Made by a program: the position numbers and the translations under genes
Shown: positions 37,634 through 46,872 of the stretch, piece by piece
How positions within the stretch are numbered: the first letter of the stretch is position 1
How the letters are laid out: the number at the start of each line of letters is the position of its first letter
Virus record (IMG/VR): IMGVR_UViG_3300029258_005166
Location: 32,001-96,000 of that record
Direction: 5' to 3' (one strand)
DNA from: a virus
DNA: 64,000 nucleotides
Notes under the pieces: generated by a model
What the model saw: only the letters and a program-made list of their open reading frames with translations
The model's database searches: none
Told to the model about the DNA's origin: nothing

Positions 37634-38974
37634 CGGCAGGAAACCTCTACATTCCGCAGGAATGCTTGACCTGTGAACGTTGAACGAGCGAAGCGAGTGA
37701 AAATGCGAACTAGGTCAAGCCCTTGTGGTAGTGGAGGAATGCCGCCCTCCTTAAAATAATTTTGAAATAGTGAAACATTTTCGTCCATCATACTATATAT
37801 AATAGTATGACGAAAACATTGCGAACCTATAAATTGAAAATAATCTCCAAACACCCAAGGTTCGCTGAGGTTACTGAGTCCTACAAGAAAGCAGCAAATT
37901 GGCTTTCGGAGATTGTTTTTAAGAGAAAACAAGTTGTTAGTCCTAACAATCTTTCCAGAGAGTTTTATGGAAAGATTAGAGAGGATTTTAATTTGCCTTC
38001 GCAATTGACTTGTTCTTTGTTCCGTCATGTTGCTGGAACTTACCGAAGTATGAAATCCAACAAGAAATGGAACTTGGCTATTTATAAAAAACCAAGCATC
38101 CCACTTTGTTGGAAGCGAGACTTCAATATCAGGAAGAAAGGTGTTAGTATTTGGGGAGAACTCATTACTTTCCTCACAAAAAGACTTCCAAAAGGCAAAT
38201 GGTCTGACTCTAAACTTAAAAGAATTAAAGGTCATTGGTATCTTTGTTTGACTATTGAATTGGACATTCCTGATGCCAAGCCCACTGGTGGTATCATTGG
38301 TGTGGATAGAGGACAAAAGAACATTTTGTGTGCAATTGACCCCAAAACAAATAAAACTTTGTATGTCAAAGGAAAAGAATTGAAGCACAAAAGGTTATGT
38401 ATTCGTCAAACAAGAGCAAAAGTGGCCAGCGTTGGTACTCGTTCCGCTAAAAGACTTCTTCAAAGGTTGAGCGGAAGAGAAAAAGCCGTAACGCAAAATA
38501 TTCTGCATATTGCATCTAAACAATTGGTTATTTTTGCTCAAAGTGTTAATGCTAACACTATCACTTTTGAGAACTTGACTGGATTTAAAAACAATCAAAC
38601 TAAAAACAACAAGAAACAACACCACAAGCAACGAGCAAGAAATAATCGTTGGTCTTATGCTTTGTTGGAGTTTTTTACAACTTACAAAGCTGCTGCTTAT
38701 GGCATTGGTGTTTCTCATGTTCCTGCTAAAAATACTAGTCGTGGTTGTCCTAAATGTGGTCATGTTTCTAAATCCAACCGAAACGGATTAGTGTTTCGGT
38801 GCGAGGTCTGTGGTTTTACAGACAACGCAGATCGTATTGGTGCTACTAATGTAGCACTTCGGTCGCTCCTTCAACGGCAAGCTGCTGAAGGACGAGCCAT
38901 GTGTCAATTGGCTTATAGTAGCGATAATTAAATATCAGCTACAAGCCCCTGCCTTTGTGGCAGGGGTAATTGAC
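37634..38974 (+). mobile_element. IS200/IS605 (IS1341-like) TnpB-only element
   Basis: Hairpin-rich left end; right end GCCCCTGCC..GGCAGGGGTAATTGAC; removing it restores the sulfotransferase end WRQNL* with an ATGA overlap. Confidence 0.75.
37807..38931 (+). CDS. tnpB: TnpB RNA-guided nuclease
   Basis: RuvC motifs GVDRG, FENL and NAD..GA.N; zinc finger CPKC/CEVC. Confidence 0.92.
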   Translation: MTKTLRTYKLKIISKHPRFAEVTESYKKAANWLSEIVFKRKQVVSPNNLSREFYGKIREDFNLPSQLTCSLFRHVAGTYRSMKSNKKWNLAIYKKPSIPLCWKRDFNIRKKGVSIWGELITFLTKRLPKGKWSDSKLKRIKGHWYLCLTIELDIPDAKPTGGIIGVDRGQKNILCAIDPKTNKTLYVKGKELKHKRLCIRQTRAKVASVGTRSAKRLLQRLSGREKAVTQNILHIASKQLVIFAQSVNANTITFENLTGFKNNQTKNNKKQHHKQRARNNRWSYALLEFFTTYKAAAYGIGVSHVPAKNTSRGCPKCGHVSKSNRNGLVFRCEVCGFTDNADRIGATNVALRSLLQRQAAEGRAMCQLAYSSDN

Positions 38975-39738
38975 CGCCAAATATCCAAAGACAAATTCAG
39001 TTTGTCTTCTAGTTTCTCAATTTCAGGAGCGTAATATCTTTGAAGTTCGATCTCTAAACCGGGCGGAACTGAGAATCTTGGAGCATCATTGAATTTCTGT
39101 TTCAAACAGGTTGGCCAATGGCTCTTGTCAACGCCAAGATATTCGTAAAGCCCTTGCACAGGATTAAGTTGGTTGAGGAATTTCTCCGATATGAGAATTT
39201 TAATGTTTGAAAACCACTTTTCGTAGAGTTCAATGAAATCGACATAATGTCCACGTTCAAGATAGATGAAAGGGCACATGACTCCATCATATTCCACGTC
39301 ACGGATAGTCGTATAATTATTGGGAGGTCCGCCCAGGATGGCTTCCTCGATTCCTCGGCTCTCTTTCTGGCTCCGTACACTTAAGAAATAGTTAGAAATC
39401 GCTCTCTGTACGGGATTTCTCAAAATGAACAGAATTGTGGCTTCTGGGTAGAATGAATGTATCCTTGCTGGAATTTCTAGATGCTTGCCCAGAAGGTCTA
39501 TGTCTGCGTAACAGACACTTTTTTCGCCCAATATCTTTTCTGATCGATTGCAAAAGTAGCAAGATTCATAGAAATCCCTGCCTTGCAAAAATCTATCCCG
39601 ATAGGCAAAAAACTTGGGTTCTGGTTGGGGTCCTCCTATAGGACGAGCAACATAAATCTCGGGATGACTATCCAAAATGTGAGCGAGATATGTCGTTCCT
39701 GAACGCTGCATGCCGACTATGAAGAAATGTTTTGCCAT
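38935..39738 (-). CDS. Sulfotransferase (heparan sulfate ST-like)
   Basis: GMQRSGTT, GEKS and LRNPVQRAISNY motifs; C-terminus supplied by the IS. Confidence 0.85.
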   Translation of the reverse strand: MAKHFFIVGMQRSGTTYLAHILDSHPEIYVARPIGGPQPEPKFFAYRDRFLQGRDFYESCYFCNRSEKILGEKSVCYADIDLLGKHLEIPARIHSFYPEATILFILRNPVQRAISNYFLSVRSQKESRGIEEAILGGPPNNYTTIRDVEYDGVMCPFIYLERGHYVDFIELYEKWFSNIKILISEKFLNQLNPVQGLYEYLGVDKSHWPTCLKQKFNDAPRFSVPPGLEIELQRYYAPEIEKLEDKLNLSLDIWRSITPATKAGACS

Positions 39739-40529
39739 TAGTTGGGTCCTTTGGACATGTTTAGTTTCTTTTCTAATGGGCGAAGGTTTGATAAGGCCCA
39801 ACATTCTAAGAACTGGGAATCTGCCATAGAAGTGTATTTGAATGAATAATGAGGAATTATGTGGTCAATATGCCAAGTACGCCGCTTATCATTAGAACGA
39901 CCGCCGTAGTTATCCCAATCCATCCAGGGTTCCCAAAGAGATTCTAAGTGTGCCTTCAATTCTTCTATAGAATAAGGAAGATAGTTTCTAATGGACTTTT
40001 TTCGCTTGTATGAACCATTGTGTTTCAGCATCCCTCTTATCGAACAGCTTACCGCATGTCTTAATTTTCGCACCGGATCTTTTCTTTTCCATCTGGAATA
40101 GGCCGCTGCATTTTTCCAAAGCCCCGGTTGCTCTGAACGAAACCAACCCTGTTTACAACCGCAAGATTTTTGACCGCTTTTTAAACAACTAGTGGAAATA
40201 GATTTTTTGTTTCCACATTCACACTCACAGAGCCAATAAGCGTTTCCATTGCGTGTCTCGGCATATCTCAATACCGTCAGCATTTGGAACTTTTGGCCTG
40301 TTAGATCTTTTATGTTGGCCTCAAATGCTCTTTGTTTTTGATGACATCCGCAGGATTTAGTTCCATTGCTTTTTAAACCACTGTGTCGAATGACAACCTC
40401 TTTGCCGCACTTGCACCTACAAAGCCACGCGGATTGTCTTTGCTTGCCAGTAGGAATGAGGCCTGCATATTTTAATACCTCTAGTTTGCCAAATGTTTGC
40501 CCTGTCAAATCTTCTAGTTTTCTAGGCAT
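39738..40529 (-). CDS. HNH-like homing endonuclease
   Basis: Two DLTGQ.F..L.V..WLC.C.CG..SCGC repeats; HIDHIIP...NLRPL....N.SK. Confidence 0.8.
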   Translation of the reverse strand: MPRKLEDLTGQTFGKLEVLKYAGLIPTGKQRQSAWLCRCKCGKEVVIRHSGLKSNGTKSCGCHQKQRAFEANIKDLTGQKFQMLTVLRYAETRNGNAYWLCECECGNKKSISTSCLKSGQKSCGCKQGWFRSEQPGLWKNAAAYSRWKRKDPVRKLRHAVSCSIRGMLKHNGSYKRKKSIRNYLPYSIEELKAHLESLWEPWMDWDNYGGRSNDKRRTWHIDHIIPHYSFKYTSMADSQFLECWALSNLRPLEKKLNMSKGPN

Positions 40530-40559
40530 GACCTATAATAGTAAAACCTCCATCACCAT

Positions 40560-41072
40560 TCAAGCCACAATGCCACTTTCTTTGAGAATTGCGGCCAATT
40601 TGATAAGATGTTTACACATTCCTGGGAGGTGTTGAGGATTAGCTTCCCAGAGATCAGCCCCTTCGTATTTCTTTCTGTTTCTACCGTATAGTGACTTATC
40701 TAGAAAGTTATAATGCCTAAAGCGAAAATTGAAATCGTTACATGCACACTTAAGAAGTACGTTAGTGTTTTTTATCGAAAACCGATCTAGAATGTAGGCC
40801 TTTCCATCACTAGCCATCAGAGAAACAGTATTGGGCTGTGCCTCTTCATGATAATTAACTTGCTTAAAAACAACAATGGGTGCATACGCTTTATGGTTGC
40901 TTTCCGCAAGGCCTTTAACAAACAATGTCTTCATGCCTAGAAAAGGAATCCATTGAAGTGAAGAGATAGTGATTGGATCTATAGCATGTTGTCGTTTCGT
41001 TGTGTTAGGAAACGCAGCCACAGTATTTTGGTAAAGCTCTTGTAAAGAGGATTCTAGCCATAATTTAGCCAT
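40560..41072 (-). CDS. SWIM zinc-finger phage protein
   Basis: CACNDF...MCKHL; start MAKLW with CTAGATA 4 nt upstream. Confidence 0.75.
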   Translation of the reverse strand: MAKLWLESSLQELYQNTVAAFPNTTKRQHAIDPITISSLQWIPFLGMKTLFVKGLAESNHKAYAPIVVFKQVNYHEEAQPNTVSLMASDGKAYILDRFSIKNTNVLLKCACNDFNFRFRHYNFLDKSLYGRNRKKYEGADLWEANPQHLPGMCKHLIKLAAILKESGIVA

Positions 41073-41111
41073 AATGTATCTAGAATTATTAAGCAGATGC
41101 CTATATAAAAC

Positions 41112-41237
41112 AAGAGCGGCGAAGAAAACTTCGTCGCTCTCGGGCAATTCGATTTAACTCGAATTAAGGCAACTAGAAAGTCAGTCTAAAGACTGTTGAT
41201 TTTAAGCCGCTCGCCCCTGCGGGGCGAGCGGCTTTTT
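41112..41237 (+). ncRNA. Candidate structured small RNA
   Basis: CTATATA box at 41101, three stem-loops, then a terminator hairpin with T-run; no + strand ORF. Confidence 0.35.
41204..41237. terminator. Perfect 14-bp hairpin with triloop
   Basis: AAGCCGCTCGCCCC-TGC-GGGGCGAGCGGCTT. Confidence 0.75.
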
Positions 41238-41245
41238 GTATTTAA

Positions 41246-41581
41246 TTAGGCATTGCCTGTCTTAACGACAGCCCACATAACATGGTCGGTTCCCGTACCG
41301 GCGATTGCGAATGATTCGAAATTTCCATCGGAATCATCGGTTTTTGCGGAAACACTGGCCAAATTGGTAGCTTCTGGAGTCAAAATGACGGCATAGTTCG
41401 TTTCACTGCCATCGAGGGCGGTGGGGAACGTAACCGTTGCAGCACCAGCGGCTAGCACAACCGTACCAGCAGCGACAACGTGGGGAGTCAAGAGAGGCAC
41501 AAATTGGTCACGGCCATTACCCGGACCTTTATTCCCATCAGCGGCTCCAGGGCCGACACCTGTGACAGAAGTAGCTCCCAT
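41246..41581 (-). CDS. Probable virion structural/decoration protein
   Basis: Ala/Gly/Thr-rich; ATVTFPTA..Y.V..T...W.V pattern. Confidence 0.6.
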   Translation of the reverse strand: MGATSVTGVGPGAADGNKGPGNGRDQFVPLLTPHVVAAGTVVLAAGAATVTFPTALDGSETNYAVILTPEATNLASVSAKTDDSDGNFESFAIAGTGTDHVMWAVVKTGNA

Positions 41582-41687
41582 TGTATCTCCTTTTAATTGA
41601 TTTTAAGGGTCTTCAGGAATATCTAGATCTATCATTTCCTTTTTAGGAGTATTTTGGAAAAAAATTCCTCCGAAGCTATATATGGGT

Positions 41688-42260
41688 ATGACGCATATAA
41701 TTAGTCCCAAAGTGAATAACAGACAGAAAGATTTCATTATCGGCACGATTTTGGGTGGATCATCAATTGTAAAGCCATCAAAAGGCAAAAATTGCTATCT
41801 ATCAATGCGAAGCAAGAACATTGAATGGTTGCGATTCAAAGCCACAGAATTGGTCCATTTGGCTTCTAATGCTCCCATTACCAAAGAGAAAACAAATCGA
41901 TGGCATTCGATTTGCTATCCAATTTTCAATGAATTTAGGGAGATGTTTTATGATAACAGAGGCCGTCGAAGGTTACATTTGGACAACTTGAGTTTACTGA
42001 GGGACATGGCTTTGGCCGTTTGGTTTGGCGATTGTGGCACTTTTTCGCGAGGTCATGCAATCATAAATACCCATATCTGGAAGAAAAAAGGCACAGAAAC
42101 TATCCATGAGTATTTCACTTGTCTAAGCTTTGATTCTTCGATCATTAAGCAACGCAACAACTATAGGATCAAGTTAGACCAACACTCCTCAGAGAGCCTT
42201 TGGAGGCTCATTGGTCCTCATATGCCTACGTTTATGCCGTTTGCTAGCCACCAAAGATAA
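41688..42260 (+). CDS. LAGLIDADG_2-type homing endonuclease, possibly degenerate
   Basis: IIGTILGGS and LAVWFGDCG motifs; motif 1 lacks the acidic residue. Confidence 0.75.
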   Translation: MTHIISPKVNNRQKDFIIGTILGGSSIVKPSKGKNCYLSMRSKNIEWLRFKATELVHLASNAPITKEKTNRWHSICYPIFNEFREMFYDNRGRRRLHLDNLSLLRDMALAVWFGDCGTFSRGHAIINTHIWKKKGTETIHEYFTCLSFDSSIIKQRNNYRIKLDQHSSESLWRLIGPHMPTFMPFASHQR

Positions 42261-42789
42261 CGCACCAATATCGCACCCCATTGTTATCTTCGGCTATTCC
42301 TGCACCCGCGTGCGAATAATGTGGATTTACAATATTTTTGTGGTGGTCAGCGGATCTCATCCAAGCATCCATGGTTTTCTTGCCGTCGTTATAGCCAAAG
42401 GCAATGTTTTCACCGACGTATTTCCAATTACCACGTACTCTATGCCCTACAGTTGCACCGTTAGCGTCCTTGTGGGTAAGTGTTCTTATTCTTGCCATCC
42501 ATTCCGCTTGTTCTTGGGCGGCTCGGGTGAGTTCTTGACTTGTCCTTAAAGCTCCAAGTCGTTGATTGTAGCGAATGACGTTGTGTTCTCTTATCAAACC
42601 ATCTCTTTCGACATCTCGATAGGAGTATCGTTCATCATACCAATCATAAATGCCATCATCATAATAATGGTGGGGCCGCTCATAGTCATAGTGATGTCTG
42701 GGCGGTTGGTATGGATACGGTTGATACTGCGGATTCTGGCATCCGACAAAAACAATCGCAATCAAAAGTGCTAGTGTAAGATATCTCAT
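42244..42789 (-). CDS. CAP (SCP) domain lipoprotein
   Basis: Lipobox FVGC; HN..R, GENIA.G and WMRS..H..NI motifs. Confidence 0.88.
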   Translation of the reverse strand: MRYLTLALLIAIVFVGCQNPQYQPYPYQPPRHHYDYERPHHYYDDGIYDWYDERYSYRDVERDGLIREHNVIRYNQRLGALRTSQELTRAAQEQAEWMARIRTLTHKDANGATVGHRVRGNWKYVGENIAFGYNDGKKTMDAWMRSADHHKNIVNPHYSHAGAGIAEDNNGVRYWCVIFGG

Positions 42790-42844
42790 TTTGCCTCCTC
42801 TTTTTCTATTTAGGTAGATCGGTGAAAAAACACTCTCTTAATGC

Positions 42845-43654
42845 ATGGCAACTTTACTACGTCCCCCGGTGAAATATCATGGTGGCAAATACTATTTATG
42901 CCGCTGGATTATCGAGCAAATGCCCAAGCATACGATCTATGTCGAGCCGTTCGGAGGAGCAGGTTCGGTCCTATTGAATAAGAGTCCAGCCAAAACAGAA
43001 GTTTACAATGACTCTGAATACAGCATTTACAACCTGTTTCGGACACTAAAAGAAGAAGGAAATGCTCTTCTCGCCCGATTACGAGAAGTAAAATATGAGA
43101 AAGAGCAATATCTTGAGTTCAGGACTATTTATCGCTCGAACGACTTCTACTTGCTCGATCCTCTGGAACAGGCCGCAATCACCTATTCTGTGCGAAGAAT
43201 GTCGCGTGGCGGTCTCTGCGGGACTTTTTGCTGGTCTTCTCGGCTCTATGGCGACGGAGTGCCAGGAGAAGTTCATAGTTGGAACACCATGCTGCCCAAT
43301 TTACCGACCATTTCCGAGAGATTGAAGTTCGTGGACATTTGGAACTTTGATTGGTCTGAAATCATAGCTTGGTACGACAGTCCCAATACCGCCTTCTACA
43401 TCGATCCGCCATATTTGAAGTCTACACGGGTATTCAAAACAGCATACTTGGTCGAAATGACCAAAGAAGATCACGAAAATCTTGCTAATACCTTAAATAT
43501 GGTAAAGGCCAAAGTCATGCTTAGTGGATATCCCTCTGAATTTTATTCTCAATACTATGGTGACTGGCGATGTGTCGAAAAGGAAGTGCCAAATCATTCT
43601 TCGCATGAAAAGAAAAAAAAGATCAAGCGAGAATGTCTGTGGCTGAACTTTTGA
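42845..43654 (+). CDS. Dam-like adenine methyltransferase
   Basis: YHGGK, EPFGGAGSV and YIDPPY motifs. Confidence 0.92.
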   Translation: MATLLRPPVKYHGGKYYLCRWIIEQMPKHTIYVEPFGGAGSVLLNKSPAKTEVYNDSEYSIYNLFRTLKEEGNALLARLREVKYEKEQYLEFRTIYRSNDFYLLDPLEQAAITYSVRRMSRGGLCGTFCWSSRLYGDGVPGEVHSWNTMLPNLPTISERLKFVDIWNFDWSEIIAWYDSPNTAFYIDPPYLKSTRVFKTAYLVEMTKEDHENLANTLNMVKAKVMLSGYPSEFYSQYYGDWRCVEKEVPNHSSHEKKKKIKRECLWLNF

Positions 43655-43655
43655 A

Positions 43656-45110
43656 ATGAGAATCCTGTATTTATTGAGTCATCTTCAACGAAGCGGCGGC
43701 CACGGCATAGTCGATTTCATTATACAGAATTACGACAACATTCATTTCTTCAACGACTGCACTCCAACATCTTTGAAGGGAAAAGGTCCGTGTAAGGGAA
43801 TAAAGAAGGGCCAGCGAGTCCATGCAATTGTGTCGTTTGAAAACATACCTCCTTCCGCAATCAACAATCCTCCGATTCTTCGAAACTTCGATTATGACCT
43901 ATTGTTGAAGATTGTTCTGCTAAGAGATCCTTTTAATTGGTGGGCTTCTAGTCAAGCCGATCCTCAGTGTCGAAAAAAAAGAAAGCCGTTATTGTGGAAG
44001 CAATTTGCAAAAGAATATTTGAATCCTGGTGATTGGATTCCTATCAATTTCAATAGATGGTTCACAGAGGAACAATATCGAAAAGAAGTGGCAGAACGAC
44101 TCCATCTAAAGAATTATAATCTCCCGCCAGAACAGCGACTATGTAAGGCGGGTCCTGGCAGTAGCTTTCAAAAGCACACAAGGCCCCAAGATTTGGATTT
44201 GCTAAATCGTTGGCCAAAATACTTGCAATTGCCTGCTTTCAGAAACTTCTCTGGAGATTCCGAAGTTCAAAAATACGCAAACAGCATCTTCGGAATGAAG
44301 GTCAATCTGCCAGAAATGGATTCGAAAAAGATTCTTGTTGGTCCTTTCGTGGGAGAGTTCGGATGGGAATTGATATGGCAGGCTCAAGTTCGAAACCACA
44401 TTCAAACAACAGAATATGAAAAGATCGTGGTATCGACAAGACCCGACCGCTTTTTCTTTTATAAAGATTTCGCCACACAATTTGAGCCAATCCTTACACC
44501 TGATGGTAAGGCCGATAAAATGCAATGCAATGGTCCAAAAACGACAAAACTTGTTCAAGAAGTATTGAAGAAATACATGAATCATTATGTTCTTTTTCCT
44601 AAAGATAGAAAAAATATGAAATGCAAATATCTTCGTTGGGGTCAATACAACGAGGATTTAAGTTTTGACCTATTGATCCATTGTCGTAATCGAATCCACC
44701 GTAAATCCGACAATTGGTCACTCGATAATTGGGAAAAAGTGATGGAGGCTTTTCCAAACCTATCAATAGCTTCAATTGGAACAAAAAAAGCGGCTCTCAA
44801 GCCCAAAAGATCTATCGATTTGAGAGACATGCCGCTAGAAAAGCTGGTAGATATCATGGCATCGAGCAAATTGCTCGTTGGACCTAGTTCGGGACCGATG
44901 CATCTTGGCTCATTGTGTGGTATAGAACATATTACATGGTCACCAAATTTTCACGTTAAGCCACGATATCTAACTTATTGGAATCCTTTTGGAACTTCCG
45001 TACACTATTTTAGTACAAAAAATCCTTCCACATCGACTGTCATAGGCAAGATCAACGAGGTTTTGAAAGGCCCAACTTTCGAACGACAGAAAAGAATTAA
45101 GTTTCTTTAG
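43656..45110 (+). CDS. Sulfotransferase-like plus GT9-like fusion protein
   Basis: N-terminal QRSGGH and LRDPFNW.AS; C-terminal GEFGWE and VGPSSGPMHL. Confidence 0.7.
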   Translation: MRILYLLSHLQRSGGHGIVDFIIQNYDNIHFFNDCTPTSLKGKGPCKGIKKGQRVHAIVSFENIPPSAINNPPILRNFDYDLLLKIVLLRDPFNWWASSQADPQCRKKRKPLLWKQFAKEYLNPGDWIPINFNRWFTEEQYRKEVAERLHLKNYNLPPEQRLCKAGPGSSFQKHTRPQDLDLLNRWPKYLQLPAFRNFSGDSEVQKYANSIFGMKVNLPEMDSKKILVGPFVGEFGWELIWQAQVRNHIQTTEYEKIVVSTRPDRFFFYKDFATQFEPILTPDGKADKMQCNGPKTTKLVQEVLKKYMNHYVLFPKDRKNMKCKYLRWGQYNEDLSFDLLIHCRNRIHRKSDNWSLDNWEKVMEAFPNLSIASIGTKKAALKPKRSIDLRDMPLEKLVDIMASSKLLVGPSSGPMHLGSLCGIEHITWSPNFHVKPRYLTYWNPFGTSVHYFSTKNPSTSTVIGKINEVLKGPTFERQKRIKFL

Positions 45111-46243
45111 ACATCTCGAAATCCCAATTCGTAATCAATAAATTCTATATCGAGATTGCTCATTTTCTCACTCTTCCACTCCAATGCTTCTGTGTTTTCC
45201 AGAATCCGCTTTCTTGCGATTCCAGATTTAAAGAAGTTTTCAAAGGGAGTTTTGACAGATCGTTCACAAACAACATTTGCCCCAACGTTGTTAAACCACT
45301 CCAGATAAGTCGTATCAGTCAGGACTTTTTGGACATTATCTAAGTCAACACCTTGGGCCGTAAGTTCCTGAGGAGTAAAGATCAGATGGGCATAGGCCAA
45401 ATTGAGTTGTCTATAACAATGCCCTCCATGTCTGCTAATCCAAGGATGACAACGCACTTTGACAATTGTGTTGGCTTTACACACAGATTTTACTTGTTCA
45501 AGCAACTTAAGAGGATCATCGGCATGATCCAATACGTCGAAGAGAAGAATACAATCATAAGGGCCGAGATCCTCTACTTGTTCAAAATTACTTGTTAAAG
45601 TCAGATTGTCTTGAGTATGGAAGGTGATCTTGGGATCATAACCAACAGATAGGGCAGCCTGTTTTGCGGCAACTTGGGCCATATGCCCTTCTCCACATCC
45701 GCAATCTAGGAACGTCATATTCTTAAGATCAATGTCTAGGTAGCTTTCAATGATTTCCGTTGCTCTCGTAGTCTTCTCTACTTCCGAAGCTGCATCGCAA
45801 ATCATTTCAGGAGCTATGGCGTGTGGCCATTCGTCGTTGAGATCATTCAAAATCGCTAATTCTTCATTTGCCGTCAATTGCTTGCGACCTTCAATAAGTT
45901 GAAGGGATTCTGAGGTTCCGTCTAGTAAAGTAATCTCCAAGAGATACAGTGGATCATATGGATCGGCATAAGTCGAAAGAGATTGTCGATCCGCGAAATA
46001 TAAGTCGAATGATTGATCCTCTTGGGAGGGTTTGACCACAATGTCCCAACAATCATGTCTTGCTGGATACTCCCAATAATTACCTTTAGGTTTTGCATCC
46101 TCCTTATCTTTTAGAACGATGCGATGTGGGAAATCCGCAACCCCTTCAAGTTTAACGTGAAGATCGGTAGCTTCTTTCGCTCCGTGATCTCTAAATCGAC
46201 TAGTATACTTGGTCTCACTAGGACCCATCAAATATGCCTTCAT
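45107..46243 (-). CDS. Class I SAM methyltransferase with an extra N-terminal domain
   Basis: FLDCGCGEGH, DVLDH and RCHPWISRHGGH motifs. Confidence 0.85.
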   Translation of the reverse strand: MKAYLMGPSETKYTSRFRDHGAKEATDLHVKLEGVADFPHRIVLKDKEDAKPKGNYWEYPARHDCWDIVVKPSQEDQSFDLYFADRQSLSTYADPYDPLYLLEITLLDGTSESLQLIEGRKQLTANEELAILNDLNDEWPHAIAPEMICDAASEVEKTTRATEIIESYLDIDLKNMTFLDCGCGEGHMAQVAAKQAALSVGYDPKITFHTQDNLTLTSNFEQVEDLGPYDCILLFDVLDHADDPLKLLEQVKSVCKANTIVKVRCHPWISRHGGHCYRQLNLAYAHLIFTPQELTAQGVDLDNVQKVLTDTTYLEWFNNVGANVVCERSVKTPFENFFKSGIARKRILENTEALEWKSEKMSNLDIEFIDYELGFRDV

Positions 46244-46294
46244 GTGGTCTCCAATTTCTGTTTTATATTAGTAATGCTGCTGCATTTATAAAGT

Positions 46295-46645
46295 ATGCAT
46301 GGTTTTTTAGACTTTTTAAAACGGAAACTAGCCTGCGGTTGTGGAGACCCCTATGAAGCGGGACCCAGCAAGATTCATGGCCATGGCGTCATTATTACTA
46401 GACCCGTCAAAAAGGGTGCGTGTCTTGGAATTACCCATAAACTTTTGGACAATGGGATGTGGGAGATGCTCAAGCCATTGGGCGACTACAACCATTCATC
46501 CACAAAAGAAAATGCCATTGTGCTAAAGGGTCCAACAGTGAGAAAGATTTATGTCTTGAGAGATATGTCGCCGGGAGAAGAAATGTTGGTTGATTTTCGA
46601 AAACAAGCAGATTTGGAGCAGCCGCAAGAAGGGTGGCTAGAATAG
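46295..46645 (+). CDS. SET-domain lysine methyltransferase
   Basis: SKIHGHG, NHS...N and GEEMLVDF motifs. Confidence 0.82.
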   Translation: MHGFLDFLKRKLACGCGDPYEAGPSKIHGHGVIITRPVKKGACLGITHKLLDNGMWEMLKPLGDYNHSSTKENAIVLKGPTVRKIYVLRDMSPGEEMLVDFRKQADLEQPQEGWLE

Positions 46646-46646
46646 A

Positions 46647-46847
46647 CTAACAAACAACTAAGGCTCCGAGATTCCACTCGCTTTCATAGTTCCAATGAAA
46701 TGAATGCTCTTCTAAGACTTCCAAAACGATAGCTCGCATCACAGGACTATTTCCCGTGATGATTCTCAAAGGCGGCTCGTTTAACAAGACGAAATTCTCT
46801 ACCAATCGACTTGCCCGTTCATGCCTTGTGCCATGTAAATCAAGGGT
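46647..46847 (-). pseudogene. Smr/MutS2-like domain without a start codon
   Basis: Hand translation TLDLHGTRHE...IITGNS...NLGALVVC*, preceded in frame by TAA. Confidence 0.6.
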
Positions 46848-46872
46848 TTAAAACAGTTGCCTTAAAACCTGC

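Noticed and set aside
37621-38388. 255 aa minus-strand ORF
   Set aside because: It is the antisense shadow of tnpB.
39738-42260. Group I introns around the HNH and LAGLIDADG genes
   Set aside because: The flanking genes look complete and no split exons were seen, so they are treated as free-standing.
36021-46243. Methyltransferase paralogs as a diversity-generating retroelement
   Set aside because: There is no reverse transcriptase and no near-identical template/variable repeat pair.
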